A stretch of DNA of 58,935 nt. It comes from Gemmatimonadota bacterium (lineage in GTDB: Bacteria > Gemmatimonadota > Gemmatimonadetes > Longimicrobiales > Gaopeijiaceae). The stretch spans positions 1-58,935 of the forward strand of contig SKSR01000132.1 in the NCBI GenBank assembly GCA_007122885.1, read 5' to 3'. Below, in pieces: positions 9,246 through 18,737 of this stretch (the stretch's first letter is position 1; each line of letters starts with the position of its first letter). The notes under the pieces are model-generated. The model was not told the DNA's origin. It searched no databases and saw only the letters and a list, made by a program, of their open reading frames with translations. The position numbers and the translations under genes were made by a program.

Positions 9246-9848
9246 ATGGCGATCACGTTGCCGCGGAGGTTGGGTCTCAGCGGGGTGATAGACGCACGGA
9301 TCCGACATTACCGGGATGAAGCCAAGCGCGGTCGCAGGGTTCCCGACTCGGAAATCAGGGACCTCTTCGGGCTGGTAGCCCGGAGGCCCGATTCGGAGGA
9401 GCTCTTCCGGTGGGTGGGGCGCGAGCTCTACGGACAACCGGGTCGGATGGCGCGCGTCCGGGGCATCCTGCCCCGGGGGGTGACCCTCCGGCTCCTCCGC
9501 CGGGACGTGCTTCGCCGAACCAAGGCCCTGTTCGGGCGCTCGGTGCTGGCTCCCGCAGACGGGGAAGGGATTGCTTTGGAAGCCCGGGATCCCATCTTCC
9601 TGGAAGGCGACCCGGGTGGACACGCTTGCCACCTGGTCACCGGACTCCTTCGGGCCGCTCTCCTGAGAGACCTGGGAGGGCATGGAGAGGTGGACCACGG
9701 GACGTGCGAAGCCCGGGGGAGTGAGGTGTGCCGTTGGGCGGTTGCGGCCGCCGGGGATGACTCCCCGCCGGGCCGCCGAGCTCGGGGATCATCGAAGGAC
9801 GATGGGACTGCATCGGAAGGCGACAGGACCACGAAGGAGGCGTCATGA
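9246..9848 (+). CDS. V4R (4-vinyl reductase-like) domain protein
   Basis: C-terminal GGHACHLVTGLLRAALLRDLGGHGEVDHGTCEARGSEVCRW resembles the Cys-containing V4R small-molecule-binding domain. Start is uncertain (ATG 9246 or 9186). Its stop overlaps the bcp start (ATGA at 9845-9848). Confidence 0.6.
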   Translation: MAITLPRRLGLSGVIDARIRHYRDEAKRGRRVPDSEIRDLFGLVARRPDSEELFRWVGRELYGQPGRMARVRGILPRGVTLRLLRRDVLRRTKALFGRSVLAPADGEGIALEARDPIFLEGDPGGHACHLVTGLLRAALLRDLGGHGEVDHGTCEARGSEVCRWAVAAAGDDSPPGRRARGSSKDDGTASEGDRTTKEAS

Positions 9849-10306
9849 TCGAGGAAGGGGAAAAGGCTCCGGACTTCACCCTCCCCTCCGACGAGGGGGA
9901 GGATGTTCGTCTGTCGGACCTTCGGGGGAAGAAGGTGATCCTGTACTTCTACCCGAAGGACGACACGCCCGGATGCACGACGGAGGCATGTGAGTTCCGG
10001 GACGCGCTCCCGCGCTTCCAGAAGGAGGGGGCGGTGGTTCTCGGCGTATCACCCGATTCGGTGGAGGATCATCGGGGCTTCAAGGAGAAGTACGACCTGA
10101 CCTTCCCGCTCCTGGCCGATGAGGAACGGTCCGTCGCCGAGGCCTACGGGGTTTGGAGGGAGAAGAACGTCTACGGAAAGAAGAAGTGGGGCATCGAGCG
10201 GACCACCTTCCTCATCGGAGAGGATGGAGCGGTGCGGAAGGTGTGGAAGCGGGTTCGACCGAAGGGACACGCCGAGTCCGTGGCCGAAGCCGTGACCCAG
10301 GTCTGA
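9845..10306 (+). CDS. bcp: Thiol peroxidase / peroxiredoxin Bcp
   Basis: KAPDFTLPSDEGEDVRLSDLRGKKVILYFYPKDDTPGCTTEACEFRD, the canonical Bcp active site with two Cys. Confidence 0.9.
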   Translation: MIEEGEKAPDFTLPSDEGEDVRLSDLRGKKVILYFYPKDDTPGCTTEACEFRDALPRFQKEGAVVLGVSPDSVEDHRGFKEKYDLTFPLLADEERSVAEAYGVWREKNVYGKKKWGIERTTFLIGEDGAVRKVWKRVRPKGHAESVAEAVTQV

Positions 10307-10323
10307 ACCCGTCGTCTTCAGCG

Positions 10324-10782
10324 TTAGTCCAATGCCCGGTGGACTTTGAAAATGCAGAGGTCCTGGACCAGCCGCCTTCCGGTGGCCCGGAGCCGGGCGG
10401 CCTCCTGGGGGCTCGTGATTCCTTCCTGTAGCCAGATCACCGGGTTCTCGGGGCGCTCCGCCGCCCGTCGCACCACCTGTGCGGCCTCCTCCGACGGCCG
10501 GAATACCAGAACCAGGTCCACGGTCTCCTCCACCTCCTCGAGCTTCCCGTAGCTTTCCCGTCCGAGGATCCGCTCCGCGTTCGGGTTCACCGGGATCACA
10601 TCGAAGCCTTTTGTCGCCAGATAGGAGGGGACTCTCCGGGCCGCCTTGGTAGGGTCTCGCGAAAGGCCCACCACGGCCACCGAGCGAACCGAGGTGAGGA
10701 TCTCCCTCAACTCCTCGGGGGTGGGGTTTTCCGGATCCCCGCTTTCCTGGGCCGCACGCGCGATCCGCCGGAGCTCGGACAT
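10324..10782 (-). CDS. CoA-binding domain protein (YccU/YneT type)
   Basis: SVAVVGLSRDPTKAARRVPSYLATKGFDVIPVNP and VDLVLVFRPSE motifs. Start at internal ATG 10782 (MSELRRIA). Confidence 0.8.
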   Translation of the reverse strand: MSELRRIARAAQESGDPENPTPEELREILTSVRSVAVVGLSRDPTKAARRVPSYLATKGFDVIPVNPNAERILGRESYGKLEEVEETVDLVLVFRPSEEAAQVVRRAAERPENPVIWLQEGITSPQEAARLRATGRRLVQDLCIFKVHRALD

Positions 10783-10969
10783 GGTTTTTCCCTTAAGGGG
10801 GTGAAACGGCCCACAGGATATTTCCGGCCGGTGATGCGGGCAACTCTCCGGCGTCCGTTCCCGGTCCTGGCTCGGGAGAGGTTGCTCTCTGGGCCTTGGA
10901 AGCCCATTGTCCCTCCGCTTCCGGGCGGTAGCCCGGTTCCTGGCAGGCATCCGGGAATGGGATGGTGTT

Positions 10970-11815
10970 ATGACGACGTTTCTGGCAATCCTCGTGGTGG
11001 TCTTCGCTGGGCTTTCCGCCTATCTCTGGCGCCGGGGGGGTGTGGGTTCCGTGCCGGACGAAGCGGTTCACGCCTTGGCTCGGGAGGTCCGAAGCGGGTC
11101 CGTGTCCCCCGCGCCCCGCCCGGACGAGCCCGAAGCCCTGGGGGAGCTGCGACGAGCCTTGGCGGAGGGGCGGTCGGGACAACGGGCGGCACCTCAAAGC
11201 GAAGGAGAGCGCGCTTCGGCCGGCGACGACGCCCTGGACCGGATAGCCCGATACCTCCGGAACTCGGTGGTTCGACCTCTGGACGGGGCGGGGAAGGACC
11301 CGAAGCGGCTCACGGAGGCGGCTACCCGGGCGTTGGATGCCCTCGCCGACCTGGAATTCTTCACTCAGGACCGGAAGGAAGAGGTCCGGTCGGATAATCT
11401 TTCGGTGGCCGTGCAGGAGACTACCCGGGAGTTCGGTCTCGAGTACGCCGTTCCGGTCCGGGTCCGCGGGTCGGAGCGACCGGTCCGGGCCCGCTTTCCT
11501 TCCGAGGGGCTGAAGGACGCCCTCTACCTCCTCATGGTCAACGGGGCTCGCTTTTCCGGGGACCGGGTGGTGGAGGTCGTGGTGGAGGATGGAGACCACG
11601 GTCCCACGGTCCGGGTGCTGGATCGGGGTCGCGGGTTCTCTCCTGAAGCCTTGGAGAAGGGGACGGAGCCCTTCTTCACCACCGAGTCGGACTCCCTCGG
11701 GCTGGGCCTCACTCACGCTCGTCAGGTGGTGGAGCGGTCGGGAGGCCGGCTGATCCTTCGGAACCGGGACGACGGCGGAGCCGAGGTGGAGATCCGTTTG
11801 CCTCCACCCTCCTGA
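10970..11815 (+). CDS. Membrane-anchored histidine-kinase-like ATPase protein (HATPase_c)
   Basis: N-terminal TM helix (MTTFLAILVVVFAGLSAYLW). C-terminal VLDRGRGFSPEALEKGTEPFFTTESDSLGLGLTHARQVVERSGGRL gives the G1, F and G2 boxes. No clear H-box His (see findings). Confidence 0.65.
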   Translation: MTTFLAILVVVFAGLSAYLWRRGGVGSVPDEAVHALAREVRSGSVSPAPRPDEPEALGELRRALAEGRSGQRAAPQSEGERASAGDDALDRIARYLRNSVVRPLDGAGKDPKRLTEAATRALDALADLEFFTQDRKEEVRSDNLSVAVQETTREFGLEYAVPVRVRGSERPVRARFPSEGLKDALYLLMVNGARFSGDRVVEVVVEDGDHGPTVRVLDRGRGFSPEALEKGTEPFFTTESDSLGLGLTHARQVVERSGGRLILRNRDDGGAEVEIRLPPPS

Positions 11816-11871
11816 CCGGTCGCCCCCCCGGAGAAGTCCTGGCGCCGGAAGGCTCGGGCCGGATCCCCGCG

Positions 11872-12813
11872 TCACCCGCCTCGTCCCCCCTCGGGAGGGG
11901 CCGGTCCCCCGGCCCGGTAGGCGCCTGCCACTCCGGCCACGAGGACGATCAACCCCAGCCACCCCGTTCCGTCCAGGGTCTGCTCCAGGAACGCCACCGC
12001 CAAGATCGTCGCCACGAACGGTTCGATGGTGGTTCCGATGGCCGCCCGCCCTGCGTCCACCACCTCCACGGCGTAGAAGAGGAGAAGGGCGGCCAGGGTG
12101 ATCGTCGTGAACCCGAAGATCACGAGGATCACCCATGCTTCCGTAGTGGAAGGCAGGATGAGTTGTGCGCCGATCCCCCGAAGGGCCACCCCCAGAAGGA
12201 TGGCTCCCCCCAGGGTGCTCCAAAACAGCGGTGCGAGCGGGCCATGCCGGGGTGAAAGGATGCGGCCGAACATGGCGTAGCTCCCGTAGGTCACCCCGCA
12301 CATGACGCCCCAGAAGAGGCCCTCAGGAGTGATTTCCACATCCACCCCTCGGGAGCCGAACACCGTCATCCACACTCCCACCACGGACACGGCTGCCAGC
12401 CCGGCCCGGACCCAGGTGATTCGCTCGGCCAGGATCCACGGGGAGACGGCCACCACGAAGGCGGGCGCCAGGTAGAGGAGGGCCACCGTGGCCGGGACCC
12501 CGATGGCCTCGGTGGACATCTGGAAGGAAAATTGGAAGACTCCCACGATGACGCCACCGAGGCCCATCATGGCCACGAGGTTCCTTCGTGAGATCCTGAA
12601 TCCAGCCGGGTTCATCCAAAGCAGGAAGAGGGCGAGGAAGATGCCTCCGACCACCGTTCTGAGAAGGGCCACGCTCTCCGGTGGAAGGCCCATCCGGAAA
12701 AGGGTGACGCTGAATGGGCCGGAGGTGCCCCAGAGGATCCCGGCTCCCAGGACCGCCAGGTAGGCCATGACCGGCCGGGGAACACGCCTCCGTTCCGCAC
12801 GGCTCGCCACCAT
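11872..12813 (-). CDS. EamA/DMT-family transporter
   Basis: About ten hydrophobic helices in two EamA-like repeats (ILWGTSGPFSV..., TIEPFVATILAVAFLEQ). Alternative start ATG at 12768. Confidence 0.8.
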   Translation of the reverse strand: MVASRAERRRVPRPVMAYLAVLGAGILWGTSGPFSVTLFRMGLPPESVALLRTVVGGIFLALFLLWMNPAGFRISRRNLVAMMGLGGVIVGVFQFSFQMSTEAIGVPATVALLYLAPAFVVAVSPWILAERITWVRAGLAAVSVVGVWMTVFGSRGVDVEITPEGLFWGVMCGVTYGSYAMFGRILSPRHGPLAPLFWSTLGGAILLGVALRGIGAQLILPSTTEAWVILVIFGFTTITLAALLLFYAVEVVDAGRAAIGTTIEPFVATILAVAFLEQTLDGTGWLGLIVLVAGVAGAYRAGGPAPPEGGRGG

Positions 12814-13140
12814 CCCCTCCTCCTCAGGTCCGGATCGGGGGCCGCCCCCGACCCGTCCCTCGCGGTGCGTTCACGGTGGAAGCCCTTGGTCTCCCTCCGC
12901 CCCTGGGAGCCTCTCCGGGCTTCGGGGCGGGCCGGGCTGGAAGCGCCACGGTGCCCGATCCGAGACCGCCCGAGCGCCCCAGCGCACGGACTCCCTCCGG
13001 TCGCCCCGTGGAGACGCCGCACCTACCCGGTTGCACCGAGGGCCGTTCCTGGCACCCCGGCCGGGCCTTGCCGCCAAGCTTTCCACTCCTATCTTGCCAC
13101 CACCGACCCCTCGCCCTCCCGACATCTCCGTGGACGGCCC

Positions 13141-14922
13141 TTGAGTTCAAGCGCGACGTTCGGATTTCTCTCCCGTCTGGTGCCCCGGATCCGGCCCTTC
13201 CGGAGGCACTTGCTGGTAGGTGGCGTCTTCGTTCTCCTCACCACCGCCATCTCCTTGGCCTTTCCGCTCATCGTGCGGGAACTCCTGGACGCGGCGTTCC
13301 TGGCTGGTGACAGGGAGCTCCTGAATCGAGTGGCTCTCTTTCTCGTCCTACTCTTTTCGGTCCAGGCCCTTCTCACCTTCGGACAGAGCTACCTCACCGC
13401 GTTCGTCTCCGAGCACGTGGTGGCCGGTCTCCGACAGGACCTCTTCAGCCGCCTGGTTCGACAGCCACCCGGGTTCTTCGAGACCCGCCGGGTAGGGGAG
13501 CTGAGCTCCCGTCTGGCGTCCGATGCCGGCCTCATTCAGCGGATTCTCCGGTTCGGGGTCCCGGAGCTGGCCCGTCAGGGTCTCTTCCTGGCGGGGGCCT
13601 TGGTCCTGGTCACGGTCACCCACCCCCGCCTGACGCTCGTGACCATGGTGGCCATACCTCCGGCGGCGGCCGTAGGGTGGTTGCTCGGGCGTCGGGTCCG
13701 CCGGATCAGCACGGGCGTACAGGACCGGCTGGCCAGCGCCGTTTCCCGGGCCGAACAGGTATTCACGCAGATCACCACGGTGCAGAGCTTCAACCGGGAG
13801 GATGAGGAGCGGAGACGCTTCGAGGGGGAGGTGGAGGCGACGTTGGACGGTGGGATCCGTCGGGCGGGCGCTCGAGCCGCACTCACCGGAGCCGTCACCT
13901 TCGCCGCTTTCGGCGCCATCGTCCTGGTTCTCTGGGAAGGAGGGCGCTTGGTTCTGGACGGGACCCTGACGCCGGGAACCCTGGTGGCGTTTCTCCTCTA
14001 CGCGGTGGTCATCGCCGGCGCCATCTCGTCACTGGCCGGGTTCTGGAGCGACTTTCAGGAAGCATCCGGCGCCGCCCGGAGGATCTTCCAGCTCCTGGAT
14101 CTCCCTCTGGAGCTTGAGGACCCCCCGGAACCGCAGCATCTCCCTCGGCCCATTCAGGGGCGGGTTCGATACGAAGGGGTCCGCTTTCGCTACCGCCCTC
14201 ACCTCCCGGAAGTGATCCGAGGCGTGGATCTGGAGGTGGAGCCCGGAGAGACGGTGGCTCTGGTGGGGCCTTCCGGGGCCGGAAAGAGTACCCTGGCCTC
14301 GCTCCTGCCCCGCTTCTACGACGTCACCGGGGGTGCCGTCACCCTGGACGGGGTGGACGTGCGGGACGTGGCTCTGGACGAGCTCCGGACGGCCATCGGG
14401 CTCGTCCCCCAGGAACCCATGCTCTTCGCCGGCACCCTCATGGAGAACCTCCGGTACGGGAAGGAGGACGCCTCTCCGGAGGAGGTGGAGGAGGCTGCCC
14501 GGAAGGCCAACGCCCACGAGTTCATCTCGGCTCTACCCCGGGGCTACGAGGAAGAGGTGGGCGAGCGGGGCGTAACCCTGAGCGCGGGGCAGCGCCAGAG
14601 GATCGCCATTGCCCGGGTGCTCCTCAAGGCGCCCGCAGTCCTGATCCTGGACGAAGCGTCCGCCAGCCTGGACGCCGAAAGCGAGGCCCTGGTCCAGTCG
14701 GCCCTCGAGCGGCTCATGGAAGGGCGAACGACCCTGGTCATCGCCCACCGACTCACCACCGTGCTCCGGGCGGACCGGATCGTCCTCCTGAACGAAGGGC
14801 AGGTAGTGGCCACGGGAGCCCACCTGGAGCTACTGGATCGGAGCCCCCTCTACGCCCGTCTGTACCAGCGTCAGTTCGACGACGCTTTGGCCTCCAGGGG
14901 GACTTCCTCCGACGGTGTCTGA
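13141..14922 (+). CDS. ABC transporter, fused permease/ATP-binding protein (MsbA/ABCB type)
   Basis: Six-TM domain, then Walker [10 protein letters not shown], signature [13 protein letters not shown] and Walker [13 protein letters not shown]. No internal ATG near the TM-domain start. TTG 13141 is a guess; the track ORF from 12865 is likely over-extended. Confidence 0.85.
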   Translation: MSSSATFGFLSRLVPRIRPFRRHLLVGGVFVLLTTAISLAFPLIVRELLDAAFLAGDRELLNRVALFLVLLFSVQALLTFGQSYLTAFVSEHVVAGLRQDLFSRLVRQPPGFFETRRVGELSSRLASDAGLIQRILRFGVPELARQGLFLAGALVLVTVTHPRLTLVTMVAIPPAAAVGWLLGRRVRRISTGVQDRLASAVSRAEQVFTQITTVQSFNREDEERRRFEGEVEATLDGGIRRAGARAALTGAVTFAAFGAIVLVLWEGGRLVLDGTLTPGTLVAFLLYAVVIAGAISSLAGFWSDFQEASGAARRIFQLLDLPLELEDPPEPQHLPRPIQGRVRYEGVRFRYRPHLPEVIRGVDLEVEPGETVALVGPSGAGKSTLASLLPRFYDVTGGAVTLDGVDVRDVALDELRTAIGLVPQEPMLFAGTLMENLRYGKEDASPEEVEEAARKANAHEFISALPRGYEEEVGERGVTLSAGQRQRIAIARVLLKAPAVLILDEASASLDAESEALVQSALERLMEGRTTLVIAHRLTTVLRADRIVLLNEGQVVATGAHLELLDRSPLYARLYQRQFDDALASRGTSSDGV

Positions 14923-16820
14923 GCGTCGTCACCGGCGGCCAGAGATCCATGGGCGAGGGAGTCCTCCAACCCCACCACCCCTTCCTCGGCCCAAGCGTAC
15001 GCCCCCTCCATAGCCCTTTGAGCCACTCGGTAGGTTGCGTCGTCGTCGTTCCGGAAGAGGTTGCGGAACCGGTCGTTCACCCGCCGCCGGGCCTGCCGAC
15101 AGAAGAGGTCCGCCAACTCCTCGGGCGTCCGATCGGAGGGATTCCGTTTCAGGAGCATCTGGGCACGCAGGCAGGTGGCCGTCATCATGAAGAGTTCGGC
15201 GCCCACGTCCACCAGACGTCCGAGCACCCCCTGCTTCTTCTCGAGCTTCGGTCCGAAGCGGACCATGGCGTGAAAGAGGGACCGGGCGAGCCTCCGTGAG
15301 GCCCGATCCACGAACCGAAGGTGCTTGGCCAGCCGTCCGAACTCTCCGTAGCGGGGCCAACGTCCCCAGCCGAGCCACCGTGTGGGATACCACCACGCGT
15401 AGTGGAGCCCCGCCCGCACCAGGGCGGCGACTTTGGCTCCGAACCCCGCCTTCGGGTCCACCAGATCCCCCGCCACCTTCAGGTGGGTGTCCACGGCCTC
15501 ACGGGCGATGAACAGGCGCAGGATCTCGCTCGAGCCCTCGAAGATCAGGTTGATCCTAAGGTCCCGGAGGCCCCGCTCCATGGGGATCGGGTCGTCTCCT
15601 CGGTCAGCCAGGGACTTTTCGGTTTCGTACCCTCTCCCACCCCGGATTTGAAGCGCGTCGTTGGCCAGCTCCCAAGCCACTTCCGAATGCCAGAGCTTGG
15701 CGATGGCCGCCTCGAGGCGGATGTCGAACCGCTTGGCGTCCGCCATGAGGGATGAGAGCTCCAGCCCGGCATCCATGGCGAAGGTGTTCGCCGCCATGGT
15801 CCCCAGCTTCTGGGCGATGGCGTCGTGCTTTCCGATGGGGGCTCCCCACTGGACACGTTCCTTGGCCCACTTTCGCGAAACCTCCAGGTAGAACTTCCCG
15901 GAGGCGGCGCAGAAGGCGGGGAGGGACAGCCGGCCCGTGTTCAAGGTGATGAGGGCCAGCTTGAGGCCCTGGCCCTCTCCCCAGAGCAGGTTCTCCTTGG
16001 GCACGCGGACGTTGTCGAAGGTGATGATTCCGTTGGAGAGGGCCCGGAGTCCCATGAACCGGCAGATGTTCTTCACTCCCACGCCGGGCCAGTCGCTCTC
16101 CACGATGAACGCGCTGATGGGGCGCCTGGCCTTCACCCCCTCCCGGGGTGGAGTCCGGGCCATCACCACCATGAGCTCGGACCGGGGTCCGTTCGTCGTC
16201 CAGAGCTTCTCGCCGTTGAGGATGTACGCGTCGCCGTCCTCGGTGAGCTCGGCGGTGGTCGTCATGTTCGCCGGATCCGACCCTACTTCCGCCTCCGTGA
16301 GGGCGAACGCCGACAGAGCTCCCTTCGCCAGCCGGGGAAGGTACTTCTGCTTCTGTTCCTCCGTACCGAAGAGGGTCAGCGGCTGCGGAACGCCGATGGA
16401 CTGGTGAGCGGAGAGGAAAGCCCCGGTGGCCGCGCACCGTCCCCCCACGATCTCCAAGGCCCGGTTGTAGGTGAGCTGGGAGAAGCCCAACCCTCCGTAC
16501 TCCTGGGGGATCTTGATCCCGAAAGCGCCCAGCTCGCGCAGGCCGTCCAGGGCCTCGTCCGGGACCCATCCTTCCCGATCGAAGCGCTCGCCGTCGATGT
16601 GCTCCTTCGCGAAGGCCTCCAGCCGTTCGAGGAACTCCCGGGCCCGCTCCTGCTCCTCCGGGTCCGGCTCGGGGTGGGGATGGAGGAGCTCCAGGCGAAA
16701 CCTCCCGTCGAAGAGGCTCTTCGAGAAGCTTTCCTTCTCCCACTCCTTCTCGCGAGCGGCCTCGGCGACCTCCCTGGACTCCAGCTCCGTGGTGTGGCGG
16801 GGCTTCTCTTGGGTGGACAT
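14871..16820 (-). CDS. Large acyl-CoA dehydrogenase (FadE-like, with C-terminal extension)
   Basis: ACAD N, middle and C domains ([54 protein letters not shown]). Confidence 0.85.
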   Translation of the reverse strand: MSTQEKPRHTTELESREVAEAAREKEWEKESFSKSLFDGRFRLELLHPHPEPDPEEQERAREFLERLEAFAKEHIDGERFDREGWVPDEALDGLRELGAFGIKIPQEYGGLGFSQLTYNRALEIVGGRCAATGAFLSAHQSIGVPQPLTLFGTEEQKQKYLPRLAKGALSAFALTEAEVGSDPANMTTTAELTEDGDAYILNGEKLWTTNGPRSELMVVMARTPPREGVKARRPISAFIVESDWPGVGVKNICRFMGLRALSNGIITFDNVRVPKENLLWGEGQGLKLALITLNTGRLSLPAFCAASGKFYLEVSRKWAKERVQWGAPIGKHDAIAQKLGTMAANTFAMDAGLELSSLMADAKRFDIRLEAAIAKLWHSEVAWELANDALQIRGGRGYETEKSLADRGDDPIPMERGLRDLRINLIFEGSSEILRLFIAREAVDTHLKVAGDLVDPKAGFGAKVAALVRAGLHYAWWYPTRWLGWGRWPRYGEFGRLAKHLRFVDRASRRLARSLFHAMVRFGPKLEKKQGVLGRLVDVGAELFMMTATCLRAQMLLKRNPSDRTPEELADLFCRQARRRVNDRFRNLFRNDDDATYRVAQRAMEGAYAWAEEGVVGLEDSLAHGSLAAGDDAQTPSEEVPLEAKASSN

Positions 16821-16928
16821 GGGCCCGATCCGGAAAAGTGTGATTTCTGGTTGGAGCGGAGCCCATCCAGGCTCCGACGCTATATCGCGGCCGGTGGACC
16901 TTATCCCGCGCCCGCGACGTCCTCGTGA

Positions 16929-18209
16929 TTACCCTCGGGGCGCACTGGGGTTCTCTCCCCAGGAATGGCCCCGTTCCGGGTCCACGAGCTCCCGGATCTC
17001 GTCCTTCCGGATCTCCGCGTCCACTTCGCCCCTGCGGATCAGCGCCTTCAGGTAGTCGGGCTGAAAGAGCATGAGGCTCAGTGCGTCCGGGCTTCGGGTG
17101 GCTCGGGTTCCCAAACCGCGGGAAAGAAAACGGAAGGTCGAGGGCAGTCTGGGCTCGAAGCGATTGGCCAGTCGTCCCAGGTCTCGGGAGGGTCGGAGGT
17201 GCAGGAGCTGGATCGGCCGCAGGCCTTGCCGGTGCTCGGGAGGGACGTGCTCCAGAAGCCGGTTCAGGAGCTCGACACGGTGAGCGTCCTGATCCAGGAG
17301 GTCCAGGAAGACGGCGTTGAGCAGTGTGCCGGCCACCTGGGCCGGAGGTGGGTACCCGGGTATATCCGGCCGGTCCATCTCTTCTCCCTGCTTCTCGTAG
17401 CGGGTGGAGATGGCCAGCAGCCGGTCCGCGCCCAGGTGGATAGCCGGGGAGATGGGGGCCGTCAGCCGCACTCCTCCGTCCCCGTACCAGTGGGGGCCCA
17501 CCTGAACCGCTGGAAAGAAGAAGGGGAGGGCGGCCGACGCCATGACGTGGTCGACGGTCATGGTAGTGAGCCTTCCCCGGCGGTGGGGCCGGGTCCACTC
17601 CCGGATCCCTCGGCCCTGAATCCAGGTGATGGATTGCCCGGTGGTGTAACTGGAGGCGCTTACGGCCAAGGCCCGGAGCCTTCCCTGGGCCAGGTTCTCT
17701 TTCACCCCCCGGATCACCCCCGCCTCAGCCCTCAGATGTCGGTTGAGGAAATGTCGAAGGGGGGTCGTGTCCACGAGCCCTCGGACCTGCGTCTCCCCGG
17801 CCAACCCCCCCGTTCCCAACTGAAGGAGCCACTTGAGCACGTTCATGGTGAGGCTTCGGGCGTCCACCCGGAAGACGTCCTCCACCGTCAGGTTCTCCCA
17901 GAGGGCCGCCAGTTCCTCCACCGCTTCCCGAAAGGAGCCCGGATGGGCCGCCAGGAAGACGGCGTTGATGGCCCCGGCGGAGACACCGGTGAGGACGGGT
18001 GGGTTCAGTTCCGGGTACGTCCGGGCCAGGAAGCGGAGGAAGCCCACCTGGTAGGCCGCGCGGGCTCCTCCCCCCGTCATTATGAGGGCCAGATCCCCGT
18101 CTATGGGGTGGCCCCGGGCCTCCGGGTCTCCAGCCGACGGCCGGGAGATAGGACGGGGGGCCGACTCGATGTGGGACCCCGATTCCTCCGGCCGCTCTCC
18201 GGTAGCCAC
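16929..18209 (-). CDS. Patatin-like phospholipase
   Basis: LIMTGGGARAAYQVGFL (oxyanion GGGxR) and GVSAGAINA (GxSxG nucleophile). GTG 18209 lies 2 nt after the upstream gene stop (18212-18214). The track ORF to 18533 is an Arg/Pro-rich extension. Confidence 0.8.
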   Translation of the reverse strand: MATGERPEESGSHIESAPRPISRPSAGDPEARGHPIDGDLALIMTGGGARAAYQVGFLRFLARTYPELNPPVLTGVSAGAINAVFLAAHPGSFREAVEELAALWENLTVEDVFRVDARSLTMNVLKWLLQLGTGGLAGETQVRGLVDTTPLRHFLNRHLRAEAGVIRGVKENLAQGRLRALAVSASSYTTGQSITWIQGRGIREWTRPHRRGRLTTMTVDHVMASAALPFFFPAVQVGPHWYGDGGVRLTAPISPAIHLGADRLLAISTRYEKQGEEMDRPDIPGYPPPAQVAGTLLNAVFLDLLDQDAHRVELLNRLLEHVPPEHRQGLRPIQLLHLRPSRDLGRLANRFEPRLPSTFRFLSRGLGTRATRSPDALSLMLFQPDYLKALIRRGEVDAEIRKDEIRELVDPERGHSWGENPSAPRG

Positions 18210-18211
18210 GG

Positions 18212-18601
18212 TCAGAGGATGGGGCGTCCTATGGCCAGGATTGCCAACACCACCGTGGCGAGGGCCACGGCCGCACCGACCAAGTGCGGCACGGCCGTCC
18301 GTTCCTCCACGGGTCTTCGCTTGAGGACCGAAACGGGGATCTGGGCCACCACAGCGGCCAGGAGGGCCATCAGGATGTGGCCGATGAGCTGAGGGTGGAA
18401 CCGCCCCGAGAAAAGGAGGAAGAATCCCACCAGGACCTGGAGGTGGAGGAATCCGGCGAACGAAGCTCCGGAGATCCGGACCCATCGGTCGTATCCCCGG
18501 CCCGTGGCCAGCGTGAAGATGGGGTAGGCGCACGCCACGACCCCGGCCAGGAGGACCAGGTATCGGATACCGGAGTGAGCGTGGAAGAGGAAGTCGGCCA
18601 T
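18212..18601 (-). CDS. Small integral membrane protein (four predicted TM helices), unknown function
   Basis: MADFLFHAHSGIRYLVLLAGVVACAYPIF... hydrophobic periodicity. Internal ATG 18601. Confidence 0.6.
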   Translation of the reverse strand: MADFLFHAHSGIRYLVLLAGVVACAYPIFTLATGRGYDRWVRISGASFAGFLHLQVLVGFFLLFSGRFHPQLIGHILMALLAAVVAQIPVSVLKRRPVEERTAVPHLVGAAVALATVVLAILAIGRPIL

Positions 18602-18737
18602 CCGCAGGGCTCCCCGGGTGAGGTTCGCTGAATCCCTCCTGCCCTCGGAGGGTAGGGGGACGTTCGATACTGTCGCCGTCGGATCCAACGAGGAAGGTGG
18701 AGCCATAGACGGGATAGGGAAAGTGGAGTCGGAGAGG

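Noticed and set aside
8961-9698. 245-aa minus-strand ORF upstream of the E1-alpha gene as a possible missing E1 partner.
   Set aside because: It shows no transketolase-like or E1-beta motifs. It overlaps the plus-strand V4R-domain ORF, which has the better protein-like sequence and is start-stop coupled to bcp.
15604-17598. Long antisense or alternative-frame ORFs. Examples: 15604-17598 (-, 664 aa), 2239-4044 (-, 601 aa), 36805-38502 (-, 565 aa), 55151-56989 (-, 612 aa), 10793-12301 (-, 502 aa), 41728-43038 (-), 42747-44003 (-), 46241-47836 (+) and 4310-5788 (+).
   Set aside because: All overlap genes with clear family motifs on the other strand or frame. All have the Arg/Gly/Pro-rich, low-complexity composition expected of shadow ORFs in GC-rich DNA. 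No recognisable domains.
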